Positions 1-12,081 of a DNA stretch of 64,000 nucleotides are shown one piece after another. A program made the position numbers and the translations under genes. The stretch covers positions 18,786,001-18,850,000 of the forward strand of contig CM022677.1 of assembly GCA_012295275.1 (NCBI GenBank), in the 5' to 3' direction. The notes beneath the pieces were generated by a model, which was given only the letters and a program-made list of their open reading frames with translations, did not search any database and had not been told where the DNA came from. Within the stretch, counting starts at the first letter, position 1; each line of letters begins with the position of its first letter. Source of the DNA: Chrysomallon squamiferum (taxonomy: Eukaryota; Animalia; Mollusca).

Positions 1-150
1 AAATGATAATTAAATTTGAAAAGCCAATTTTACATTCTTCTTTTTCAGGCGTCTATGATTTACTTTTTTTTATTTTTAGTTTGTTCATTTATTTATTTTA
101 TTTTATTTATTTATTTATTTATTTTATTTATTTTATTTATTTATTTATTT

Positions 151-198
<48 letters not shown>

Positions 199-221
199 TT
201 GATTTATTGATTTATTTTTAG

Positions 222-389
222 ACACATTACTATCAGCCTTTGTGGACGCTTGTGGGGGGTGGTGTTAAAAATGTACTTGAATCTGAAAGACCAATGGTCA
301 GTGTTCTGCCCGACTGTGATTGGATTAATGACCGAGTGGTTTGCTTCAATCCAGATAAAAACACTTTGATTACAGAAAAAGGGGAATTG
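222..389 (+). CDS. SQOR: Sulfide:quinone oxidoreductase, first coding exon visible in window (THYYQPLWTLVGGG...KGEL); earlier exons lie upstream
   Basis: AG at 220-221, GT at 390-391; HYYQPxWTLVGxG is the SQOR FAD-binding segment; phase 0/0. Confidence 0.93.
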
Positions 390-1204
390 GTATGTATTAC
401 ATCTGTTATTGTGTGCCGTATTAGAATATTTATAAAAAATTTTTTTTGTTTTTTTTGACATTTTAGAGTATTTGCATAAAAAAAAATTATACAATTTTGT
501 TCGTAAAATTAAGTTTGGCATCCATGTTATATTTAACATTATGTATTTTTTAATATATTGAATGGAAATTTTGTTTATAAATCAAGGTTAATATTTTAAT
601 TTTTTTTTTTTTTTTTTTTTTTTTTATTTTTGTTTTCATAGAAATTTTAATAATCAGATTTGTTATCTTTAATATTAGTATTTAAATGGCATATTATTTG
701 TTTTTTTTTTTTTTTTTTTTAATAAATCAAATTCCTTATCTTAAAATATGTATTTAATGTTATTTATGTATAATAATATTTAAAGTTAAATTATTTATAA
801 AAGATTATCAGTGATAAAATAAGGTTTATGTATTTTAATATGTCTATTTTTATGTTGCATTTTATCTGTTTTTAATAACTGATTTCAAAGTTTTTTTGCA
901 GTTACCTTATATAAATAGAAATTAGACATTATTAGTATTATTATTATTATCATCATCATCATCATCATCATCATAATTATTATCATAATTATTATTATTG
1001 CTGCTGTTATGATTATGATTATTATTATTATTATTGTTGTTATTATTATCACAATTATTATTATCATAATTATTGTTATTATCACAATAATTATTATTAT
1101 TGCTGCTGTTGTTATGATGATGATGGTGATGTTTACTATTATTATTATTACGATAATTATTATGTATTAGTCATATACACCAGCTACTGAAGATGATGAT
1201 GATG

Positions 1205-1435
1205 TTTTTACATTTAACCCTTTGAGTGTCTGATTACTCACGTTTTTACGTTTAACCCTTTGAGTGTCTGATTACTCACGTTTTTACATTTAACCCTTTG
1301 AGTGTCTGATTACTCACGTTTTTACGTTTAACCCTTTGAATGTCTGATTACTCACGTTTTTACGTTTAACCCTTTGAATGTCAGCCATCTTTACATGTAA
1401 ATAATGATAAAAAATGCAGCTGTCCAAAGGGTTAA
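1205..1435. mobile_element. Putative piggyBac-like MITE remnant (TTAA-CCCTTTG ... CAAAGGG-TTAA) with left end tandemly repeated 5x at 38-bp period
   Basis: TTAACCCTTTG at 1214, 1252, 1290, 1328, 1366; exact inverse CAAAGGGTTAA at 1425-1435. Confidence 0.5.
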
Positions 1436-1461
1436 TAATTTTTCTAGTGTTTCTGTTTCAG

Positions 1462-1515
1462 ATTAATTATGAGTTTCTTGTTATTGCAATGGGTTTGGAA
1501 CTACACTATGAGAAA
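1462..1515 (+). CDS. SQOR: SQOR exon (INYEFLVIAMGLELHYEK)
   Basis: tttcAG / GTaag boundaries, 54 nt; matches the Y-x-x-L-V-I-A-x-G motif. Confidence 0.93.
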
Positions 1516-1816
1516 GTAAGTATAGTAAAAAAAAAAAATCTTTTTTTTTTACTTTTATTTTTATTTTATAAAACACTGACAAAAAGAATAGAACCAACAC
1601 TTTTGAATAAACAACATTTATTTGCATTCTTAACAGGTTCTGTCACACACACACACACAAACACACTCATTATTGTTATTATTGTTGTTGTTATTATTTT
1701 ATTTATGTTTCAAGAGTTTTTATTCTTTATTTTTCTAAATTTTATTTTATTTATTTATGTATCAGAAACTTTTAAATTTATTTTTTTAAATTTTATTTTA
1801 TTATTTATTTATTCCT

Positions 1817-1847
<31 letters not shown>

Positions 1848-2045
1848 TTTTATTATTTATTTATTTATTTATTTTCATATTTATTTAGTTATGTTTCGGA
1901 AGGATTTAAATTTATTTTTTTTAAATTTTAATTCAGTTTGTTTTATTACTGTTCTATTTATTTCTGTTTCGAAAGTTTGTAATCTTTATTTTTTCTAAAT
2001 TTAATTTAATTGGAATTTTTTATTTTTTTTTTTAATTTATTTTAG

Positions 2046-2258
<213 letters not shown>

Positions 2259-2748
2259 TAGTATTTGTCATGAAAAAGTATACGTAAAAATTTACAAATG
2301 CCGCGACGAGCTCTCTGAATTTTTCTCATAAATATCGGCAGTCAAAACGATGCGAAGTGTAAAATGTTTGTAATATTTTTGTAAAGTTAATTTTAGTTGT
2401 TGTTGTTGTTGTCACTGAGAGGTTTATAAAAATGTTTATAAATGCTGCAACAGAGAATTCAGATTTTTGGATTGTTTTCAAAACGTTATTTATAATTCTT
2501 ACAACCACGGAAAGATTGTAAAATATTTACAATTGCTATGATTATAGATTTTAGATTTTCGAATTATTTTCATACAATTGTTATGAAATTTTATTATCCA
2601 AAGATTTTTTGCAAATGTTTACAATTGGTTTTTTTTTGTTTTTTTTTGGTTATTTATCATTATTAAATTTTTTAATTTGTTATTATTATTATTATCATTA
2701 TTATGTTTTTTTATTATTATCATTATTATTTTTTTTTTAACTTCACAG

Positions 2749-2852
2749 ACAGGAAAAAGAGACAAATGCAATGTTTCTTTTTTCACACCGTTGGAGAACC
2801 TGTTTGTGATTCCAAAGTACAACAACACGTTAAAAGAGATTGTCAGAGAAAG
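2749..2852 (+). CDS. SQOR: SQOR exon (TGKRDKCNVSFFTPLENLFVIPKYNNTLKEIVRE)
   Basis: cacAG / GTaaa boundaries; phase 0 to 2; frame continuous with neighbouring exons. Confidence 0.9.
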
Positions 2853-3009
2853 GTAAAACAAATTATTTCATAACACTGTTTAATTCTTCATGCCTAAAAG
2901 TGTCTACGAAACGATGCTCGCAGATGTAGTGAAAACATGATGCAAAAATTATAAACCAGTGAAAACATGATTGTACAAAGATTTCTTTCAGAGTTATTTT
3001 CTTGGATTT

Positions 3010-3610
3010 GTCTCTCATAGACCAATCAAAACAAAGTTTTTTTTAACCAAATTTTCTTTAAGAACAGTTCTTTGCTTGGTCTGATAATGTTTTATGTATT
3101 TCCTAGTGACTCAGTATTTTTTTTTTATGTGTTGCACTGTTCAGAGATTATCTTGCCAAAGTTTATAAAAAAAAAAAGATAACAAAAGCAGACCAGTCTG
3201 TAAATAAATTTACAAAGATTTTTTTTAAAGAATTGTTCTTGGATAGGTGTAAAAATAATGTTTTTATTTAGTTCCTAGTGATTTAATATTTTTAGATTCT
3301 TCGTTTTGTTAGAGTAGTCTTTGAAGATGCTGACAAAGTGAATGAAAAATATAGCAGAAATAACAGACCAATCAAAAATCATTTTACAAAGATCTTTTAA
3401 AGAACTGCTCTTGGATTGGTCTAAAAGTGTATATATTTTTTTTTGTATATCCTAGTGATTCAATATTTATCCATTCTTCACTTGTTACAATGAACAGAGA
3501 TGATGTTGACAAAACAAATAAAAATGTAACAGAAATATCAGGCCACTGAAAACAAAGTTTTACCAAGATGTTCCTGAATCCATTTTCCAATACAGTCTAA
3601 AAATAATTTT
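3010..3610. repeat. Degenerate ~170-180-bp tandem repeat, ~3.5 copies, in SQOR intron
   Basis: Recurring 'agacca(a/g)tc...aagaa..g.tc.ttg...ggt.t...cctagtga' near 3020, 3190, 3365, 3540. Confidence 0.6.
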
Positions 3611-3946
3611 AAAAAGCCTCTACCGATTATTTCCACAATATTTACAGTTCCTGTCTTATCAGATATCTGTAATAATGTTTGTTTTTCAAATGATTATTAG
3701 TTACCTTTTGGAAACCAGTGCTTTCTGCTAATATTATTTTTTTTTTTATACAATTTGCATAAATGTCAAATGATTATTTTTGATTGATTTCGGAACCTGT
3801 AATTTCTGTTAAATACGTAATAACAAGTATGACAAGGATGAAAACAAAACAACATGAAGGAGATGAAATCAGTTTTTGCTTTCTGTTTGCACTCTCTGTT
3901 TTTCTGATATCTACATTATACCTTTTGTAAATAATTAAATTGTCTT

Positions 3947-3983
<37 letters not shown>

Positions 3984-4001
3984 CTAAATTAAAAATTTCA
4001 G

Positions 4002-4110
4002 AAATATTAATGTCAACTACAAAAGGTACCTCGTAGAAGTGAGACCAGAAAAGAAAGAAGCAGTGTTTGCGAAAGTTAATCCAGCAGTTAAAGAAACAGA
4101 AACTGTTCAT
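4002..4110 (+). CDS. SQOR: SQOR exon (NINVNYKRYLVEVRPEKKEAVF...ETVH)
   Basis: ttcAG / GTaag; phase 2 to 0; L-x-E-V...K-x-E-A-V-F motif. Confidence 0.92.
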
Positions 4111-4118
4111 GTAAGTGC

Positions 4119-4149
<31 letters not shown>

Positions 4150-4569
4150 ATATGTTTTGTGCATGTGTCTGTCTGTGTGTCCGACTACTTGTTTGCATTT
4201 ATGGCTGTCTGTGTGTGTCTGTCTGACTATATGTTTGTTTGTCTGTGAGTGTTTTTAATCTATCTGTCTGTATTTGTCTGTCTCTTTTTATCACTCTACC
4301 TCTATGTCTGTCTTCCTGTATGTGTTTGTCTCTCTATCAGTCTATATCTGTATCTGTCTGTCTGTCTGTGTAAAGTGTGTCGTATGTCTCTCTCTGTTTG
4401 ACTGTTGATCTCTCAGTCTGTCTGTCTGTGTCTCACATAGCATCTGTGATTATTAAACACATTCACACCCACACACACACAAACACACAAACACACACAC
4501 ACACACACATACACACACACACATAGACACACGCACACACACTGAAATCACACACACACACACTGAATT

Positions 4570-4632
4570 AATAACACTACTTTCAGTATGACTTCATGCA
4601 CATAACCCCACCCATGTCTACACACACACACA

Positions 4633-4683
<51 letters not shown>

Positions 4684-4747
4684 AGAACACACACTGTATT
4701 AATAACACTACTTTCAGTATGACTTCATGCACATAACCCCACCCATG

Positions 4748-4790
<43 letters not shown>

Positions 4791-4946
4791 CACACACACA
4801 CACACAGACACACACACACACAGAAATCACACTCACACACAGTATGACTTCACAGAAATCACACACTACACACACAGTCACACATACACACAGAAATCAC
4901 ACACTGTAATAATAACACTACTTTCAGTATGATAACCCCACCCATG

Positions 4947-4993
<47 letters not shown>

Positions 4994-5038
4994 CCAAATC
5001 ACACTCTGTATTAATGTCTGCACATAACCCCACCCATG

Positions 5039-5078
<40 letters not shown>

Positions 5079-5140
5079 CACACTCTGTAGAAACACTACT
5101 TTCAGTATGACTTCATGCACATAACCCCGCCCATGTCCAC
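4570..5140 (+). repeat. Compound repeat: copies of the SQOR exon acceptor plus the first ~35 coding nt, separated by (CA)n
   Basis: cactactttcAG|tatgacttcatgcacataacccc at 4575, 4706 and the real site 5094; partial copies at 4841, 4916, 5020. Confidence 0.9.
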
Positions 5141-5292
5141 CCCGGAGCCTCTGAGAGAATCCATCAAACTGGCGAACCATTCCGGCTTCCTCGACCTCCA
5201 CAAATACACCCTTCAGCACGTCAAGTACCCCAACATCTTCGGCATCGGCGACAGCAGCGGCGTACCAACACCAAAGACAGCAGCAGCAGTAG
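5106..5292 (+). CDS. SQOR: SQOR exon (YDFMHITPPM...TLQHVKYPNIFGIGD...KTAAAV)
   Basis: AG 5104-5105, GT 5293-5294; TLQH-x-x-YPN-x-FGIGD FAD motif and KTAAAV. Confidence 0.95.
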
Positions 5293-5670
5293 GTTCGTAT
5301 ACGTGTGTGTGTGTTAACATTTTTTCCCGTTCTAACTGGTTCAGTAGTTATAGAGGAGAATTATTTTTATTTCCAGTGTTATAATCTGTTGAGTATTTTT
5401 TGTTTTCCCCATTACATGCCAGTGTGTTATTTTGTGACAAATAATTTACCAGGTTTCATTTTTTTTTTTCACTTATAACATGTTCAGTATTTCATACCAC
5501 CTTGATTTTATATATATTTGTGTGTGTGTGTGTGTGTGTGTCTGTGTGTGTGTATGTGTTTATTTATTTATTTATTTATTTATTTACTTACTTATAAATA
5601 TATATATACACTAACTATATATATATATTTATATATATTTTTATTTTATTTTATTTTATTTTATTTTATT

Positions 5671-5721
<51 letters not shown>

Positions 5722-6289
5722 TTTCACATTTAATATGTTTAATATTATACACCAGCATCATTTTTTTTTTCACAAATAAAATATCCAGTTTTATAAAGCA
5801 GTTTATTAATTTTTTGCTGCTATAACCTGTTCAGTATCATATACCAGTATGATATTTTTTCCTGTGTATAATTTGTTTTAATGTAACATACTTACAAACT
5901 ATTTACAGTGTTACATTTCCTAATATGTCTTGGTTGCTAGTTTGTTATTTTTTTCTGTATTATATCTTGTTCAGCTTTTATATAGAAACATGTTATTTTT
6001 TCTATTAGAGCCTGTTAGGTATTATATATCAAGTGATTTTTTAATATATAAATATATATTATTTATTGATTTATAAATATGTTTACCATTTCTTATTTAT
6101 TTATTTATTTCTTTTTCATTTATTCATTTATTTATAAATTTATTTACCAATATTTATTTATTCATTTTTATTAGTTAATTAATTAATTTATTTATAGATT
6201 TATTTAACAGTGTTTATTTATATATTCATTTATAATTATTCATTTATTTACCTATTTACTCATTTATTAACTGACAGACTGAATGACTG

Positions 6290-6512
6290 AGTAAATGAAT
6301 GATTGATTAATTGCAACTAATTAACTGGTGATTCGTTGATGAATGAATGATCTGCTGATTGACTGAACGATTGATCGATTGACTGATTGATTGACTGATC
6401 GATCGACTGATTGATCGACTGATTGATCGCATGACTGACTGATCGATCGACTGATTGACTGATTGATTGATTGATTGATTGACTGATCGATCGACTGATT
6501 GATTGATTGATA
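6290..6512. repeat. (GATT/GATC/GACT)n compound microsatellite abutting an SQOR acceptor
   Basis: Directly visible tetranucleotide array ending a few nt before AG 6517-6518. Confidence 0.9.
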
Positions 6513-6518
6513 TTTCAG

Positions 6519-6586
6519 GGGACCAGGTTTATGTGTTATACAAGAATCTGTCAAATGCTATGATGGGAAGAGCTCCAGATGTAGAG
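6519..6586 (+). CDS. SQOR: SQOR exon (GDQVYVLYKNLSNAMMGRAPDVE)
   Basis: tttcAG / GTaag; 68 nt, phase 1 to 0, restores frame between flanking exons. Confidence 0.88.
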
Positions 6587-6905
6587 GTAAGATAAGATAA
6601 AACATCAGTAAACTGAATATGTAAGTTTAAATCCAAATATAGCAAGCACGCAAGAATTTATATTCTCCTAAAACGCACCATCTTTTTGTTGTTGCTGGTA
6701 TAGACCGTTTGTCTGGTTTTCAGAACAGGTGAATGATCAGAAAACTGGTTTTTCAGACGTGTTTTAGCTTGGTATCTGTTATATACAGTTTTGTTCTTCC
6801 GTTCACTGTTTAGTGTGTGTTTTAATTATGTATTAAAGTTTGGACCAGCAAACTGGTAATTCCTGAAATCTAGGTAAACTCTGTTCCCAAATGTGTTGTT
6901 GATAC

Positions 6906-6906
<1 letters not shown>

Positions 6907-6983
<77 letters not shown>
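6907..6983. repeat. (ATT)n microsatellite
   Basis: Perfect trinucleotide run. Confidence 0.95.
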
Positions 6984-6984
<1 letters not shown>

Positions 6985-7684
6985 TTTCTTTTTATTATTT
7001 GATTATTATTACTTTTCTTTTTATTATTACTTGATTATTATTAACATTATCATTATAATCGTCAGCATCACAACTCTTATTAATTATTGTAATTGTTGTT
7101 GTTATTATTATTATTATTATTTGATTAATAACATTAACACTGACATCATCATCATTGTCACATTCATCACTATGTTCTTTTTAATATTATTGTTATAATT
7201 ATTAACATTAGCATCATCCCCACCGCTGCCACCACCAACATTATCATCATCATTATCTTTTTAATAATATTATCAGCAACATCATCATTACTATTCTTTT
7301 TAATATTATTTGATTGTTATCATTAATAACATCAACGTCATCAGCATCATCATCATCATCATCATCATCATCACTACTATTCTTTTTAATATTATTATTA
7401 GTAGTATTTGATTATTACCAATATTAACATCAATGTCATCAGCATCTTCATCAACATCATCATCACTTTTTAATATTATTATTATTATTTGATTATTATC
7501 ATTATTAACATCAGTGTCATCATCATCATCATCATCATCACTTTTTAATAATCATCAACATCATCATCACTACTATTCTTTTTAATAATATTATTATTAT
7601 TATTATTTGATTACTATCATTATCAACATCATCAGCATCATCATCATCATCAACGTCATCACCACCGCCACCATTTTATTTCAG

Positions 7685-7863
7685 TACGATGGTTACACAT
7701 CGTGCCCTATTGTCACAGGGTACGGGAAGCTTGTCTTAGCCGAGTACGATTACTCGTGCCAGCCTCTGGAAACATTTCCAATGAACCAGGGCAAGGAGAG
7801 ATACAGCATGTATGTTCTTGCAACACATGTGTTGCCGGTATTGTACTGGCAGTGTCTTCTCAA
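7685..7863 (+). CDS. SQOR: SQOR exon with second catalytic Cys (YDGYTSCPIVTGYGKLVLAEYDY...PLETFP...LYWQCLL)
   Basis: AG 7683-7684, GT 7864-7865; YDGYTSCP and PLETFP signatures. Confidence 0.96.
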
Positions 7864-8554
7864 GTAAGCAGAATTCTTGTAACTGGTCGTTTGTGAGGGT
7901 TTCTGCGGGTTCGAATCTTTCGTTTGTGCCCAGGTTTAAAGAGAGCGCGAGATTTGCTAATGTGAAATGGCTGTTTCAAAATTTTGAAAAAAATTTAAAA
8001 AATCTGTGTTGATTTATTTTATTATTATTATTATTTTTTTTTTTTTTTTTTATTGTGGATATTATTGTTTTATTATTTTATTATTTTATTATTGTTATAA
8101 TGGTATTATTACTGTAATTGTACTATTACTATTATTATGGCTTTATTATTAGTAGTATTGTTACTAATATTATGTTGTATTATTATTTTTATTGCCATTA
8201 CTTTTTATTACTGTTATTGTATTATTATTGTTATTGTATTATTATTACTATTATTATTGCTACTGTTATTCAGTTATTAATGTTATTATGGCATTATTAT
8301 TACTATTAGTATCATTTCAAGTTTTTACTGTATTATTATATTATTACTATTGTATTATTAATACTATTGTTACTGTTGTATTATTAGTAGTAGTATTGTT
8401 ATTTATTATTTATTATTATAATAATAATTATTATTATTATTATTATTATTACCTGTTATATTCTTTATTATTTACTCTAGTTTTTTTATCTTTCATTTAA
8501 CATTTTTTTTAATTTTTTTTTAATAAATATATATTATTATTTATTTTTTTTCAG

Positions 8555-8624
8555 AGGAAGATGGCATGGACCATCATTCTATAGAAAATTATTTCATCTT
8601 GGATTTCCCAGACGATGCAATTAA
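8555..8624 (+). CDS. SQOR: SQOR terminal coding exon (GRWHGPSFYRKLFHLGFPRRCN*)
   Basis: ttttcAG acceptor; G-x-W-x-GP...RKLFHLG amphipathic C-terminus; TAA at 8622-8624. Confidence 0.93.
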
Positions 8625-8835
8625 CAGGTGAAAAGATCTCACCAACAAAAATAATTAAAATAATATATATTTTCTATAAAAATTGTTCTTTCATTTATTA
8701 CTTCAAAAAAAAAAAAATATATATGTTCTCCTCTGAATCAAGAATATTGTGGACAACTGCCTTCTGATATTTGTGAAAAAAAATTGGTGTGTGTGTATTT
8801 CATTATATATATATATATATATATCTATGTGTGTG

Positions 8836-8890
<55 letters not shown>

Positions 8891-10047
8891 AGGTGTGTAT
8901 CTATTTTATTTATGTATGTATTTAGGTGTGTATCTATTTTATGTATGTATTTAGGTGTGTATGTATATATGTATGTATGTATGTAGGTGTACATCTATGT
9001 ATGTACGTATCTGTATGTGTATGTTTCTGTATGCATGCATGTATTTATGTATATAGGTGTATGTACATATGTATGTAGTATATATATATATACATACACA
9101 CCTTTCTGCCCTTCATAACCAAGTGTTGCCTCTCTTGTCATGATTTTCTTTCTCAGTACTTGAGATATATGCACAAAACAAAATCCACATCTGTAAATAA
9201 TTTAAAAAAAAACGTCCCGAAACTCATATAATCACTGGTTTCTTTTCTAATATTAATACCATACATAACCTTGAGATTTGTCAAGCTGGAAAAGAAGTTC
9301 ACAGCAGTTTTTAAAAGTGAAATTAAAAAAAAAAAAAGAAGATATTTGAAGTAACTTTACATAGATTTATTCCATCACTTGTGTTCCATTTTGTTCCTCT
9401 ACCTTTTGCCATCTTCAATGGCAGCTTCATGATTTTTGTCTGTATGACAAACTGGTCTGAAAGGTACAGACATTTGTTTGTAACCAATAGCAACAGACAG
9501 TACAAAAGTAGATTTAAAGGTTGATTTGACTCAACAGGCCAGCAGAGAGAGAGAGAGAGAGGGAGGGGGGGTGGGGCTGTGAAGGAGTTTCCAGGAGTAT
9601 GATGGGGGGTAGTGGTGGTTAAATATCCAGTTATTCAGTCAGAGAAGATCCAGAGAGATTTGTTTAAAAAAATCCAAGAGAGAGAGAGAGAGAAATACCA
9701 TGGTGTAATATAATAATCCTGTTTGTTGGTGGGTACACACGAAATATCTCTTCACTGCTGATCTGAAAGAGTAAAAGCCATGAAGTTGGAGAAAACGGAT
9801 TTCTTCTTTAACTGTCATGAGTTGTATTTAACCGTGTGTCCAGTTCTGTGAAAATATAAATATACTGACTACTATAGCTTTCTAAAATGACCATATGTCC
9901 AGTATTAGGTAAATACAAATGTGTTGACACTTACAGAACTCCTTAATCAATTGATTAATCTGTCTGAAAGGTTCAAAAACAAAACAAAACAAGAACAAGT
10001 TACTAATTTTTATTTAAGACTAAACATATATTTTTTTTTTTTATATA

Positions 10048-10081
<34 letters not shown>

Positions 10082-10939
10082 ACAAGCACTTTTTCATTTT
10101 ACATCATCTTATATATTTTGTATTATTAATTTTTTTTTTTTTAACGTTTCTTTTGATCGTAAACTAGACTATGCTAACAATTACAAATCTTTTAATTTTT
10201 TTTAATTAAAAAAAGGACGAAGCTAAAAAAAGATTTACACAGTAAATAAAAGAACCTATCTTCAACCCTCCCATCCCCAAACATTAAAAAAAAAAAAAAA
10301 AAAAAAATTAAATTAAAATAAAAAAAATAAATATGATAATAAAATTAAAAACTAAGAATATTTCAAGAACTTATAAAAGCTAAAAGCAATGGCAGATATT
10401 TATATATTTATATATTTATATATCTTTTTTTTCTTTTTCTAGTTCATTTGATGATTAAAGAATATATAAATATCTTTGTACAAAATGCAGTCAAATTTAG
10501 TATGTACATAATTTACTTGTTGCAATGTAAAGCCTTTGACGAAAAAGCAAAAGTAAAAAAAAAAAAGAAAGGAAAACAAAAAAGATATAATAAATTATAC
10601 TAAGGTTTAAAAAAACAAAAAAATGAGTTGAAAAGAAAATGTCTAAAATAAAATAAAATACAAACAAACAAACCCCTCAAAAACATGAAAACTACAGAAT
10701 TTTGAATCGTTTCTGAATACAAATAAATGAAATGGTGATTTTTTTTTTTTTTTTTTTTTTTTATTTGATATGATCTGTCTTTACATACTTATTCAACAAT
10801 GATGCAATTATTTAATAATAATAATAACAATAATAAATATATACATATATATATATATAGAAATAGAAATAAAATCAAATCAAAATAGATGAAAAGAAAA
10901 CATGGAGTGGTTTCAATTCCTGCATCTTGCTTTTATCTG

Positions 10940-10972
<33 letters not shown>

Positions 10973-11439
10973 ATAAAACCTCTCAAGTAAAATAGAAAAT
11001 TTTAACTTCTTAATGAAATAATAATTAATAATTAATAATAATATAAAAATCAAATCAACAAATATATCTTTTAATGCTGCCAAAAATCAAACCTCCTATT
11101 TTCATTATTTCTTTTTAGCCTTTGAACGCAAATTCAGTTAAAAGCAAATTAAGGCACACTGAAAAAATACAAAAAAAAAAAAAATATATAATATATATAA
11201 ACTAACATTTTATGAATCTATCAACAGCATGTTTACAAGCCATTAATGTTTATTCAGTTTATTTGCTAGCATTTAAACAAAATAGAGAATTTTTAACATA
11301 ACCCTGCCTTCCCATAAAAAAAACCGACTACAGCGATCACACTTCAAAGCAATTTTATAGATCGTAATTCTGTGATTTTTTTTTTTTATAAACTAATGGC
11401 AAATTCTAGTGAGCTTTAAAGCTTAACTGTCCAGCTGTA

Positions 11440-11720
11440 TCTGTAATAAGCCTTTACAGACTACTTCCTAGAAAATAATGGCAACTCCAGAATCTTATAG
11501 AAGTTCACCACCTCCAGAAATTGCCTTTGAGACCATAATGGCAAATTCTAGAATAAGCCTTATAGACCATAACAGCATCTTCTAGAATAAGCCTTATATA
11601 ACATTATAGCAACTTCTAGAATCAGCCTTATATACCATAATAGCAACTTCTAGAATAAGCCTTATATACCATAATAGCAACTTCTAAAAAGTAATGGCAA
11701 TGTTCAGAAACAGCTTTACA
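11440..11720. repeat. 34-bp minisatellite (ttctagaataagccttatataccataatagcaac), ~8 copies degrading at the edges
   Basis: Near-perfect units at 11546-11687. Confidence 0.85.
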
Positions 11721-12042
11721 AACCAAATTAATTTCAGGAATCGGCCCTATTCACTGCAAGATCTTTACAACAGAGCAAATAAATCTCCCAAAATCTAAAT
11801 AAAATTAAAAAACTCGAGAACTGATGCAATATTAATTTGAAAAATGATTTTAAGAGACAACTGCAATACATATGAAACATTTTAAAAAGGCAAAAAACAA
11901 CACACACAAAACACACACAAGTAATGAAATAATAAAAAAAAAATATTATGACAAAGCCCCAAAGCACTAAATCATACAGTAAAATTACAAAGTTAAAAAA
12001 TTCAAAGGATTTGAAACTTCATTTTTTTTCTTCTTCAATCTT

Positions 12043-12081
<39 letters not shown>

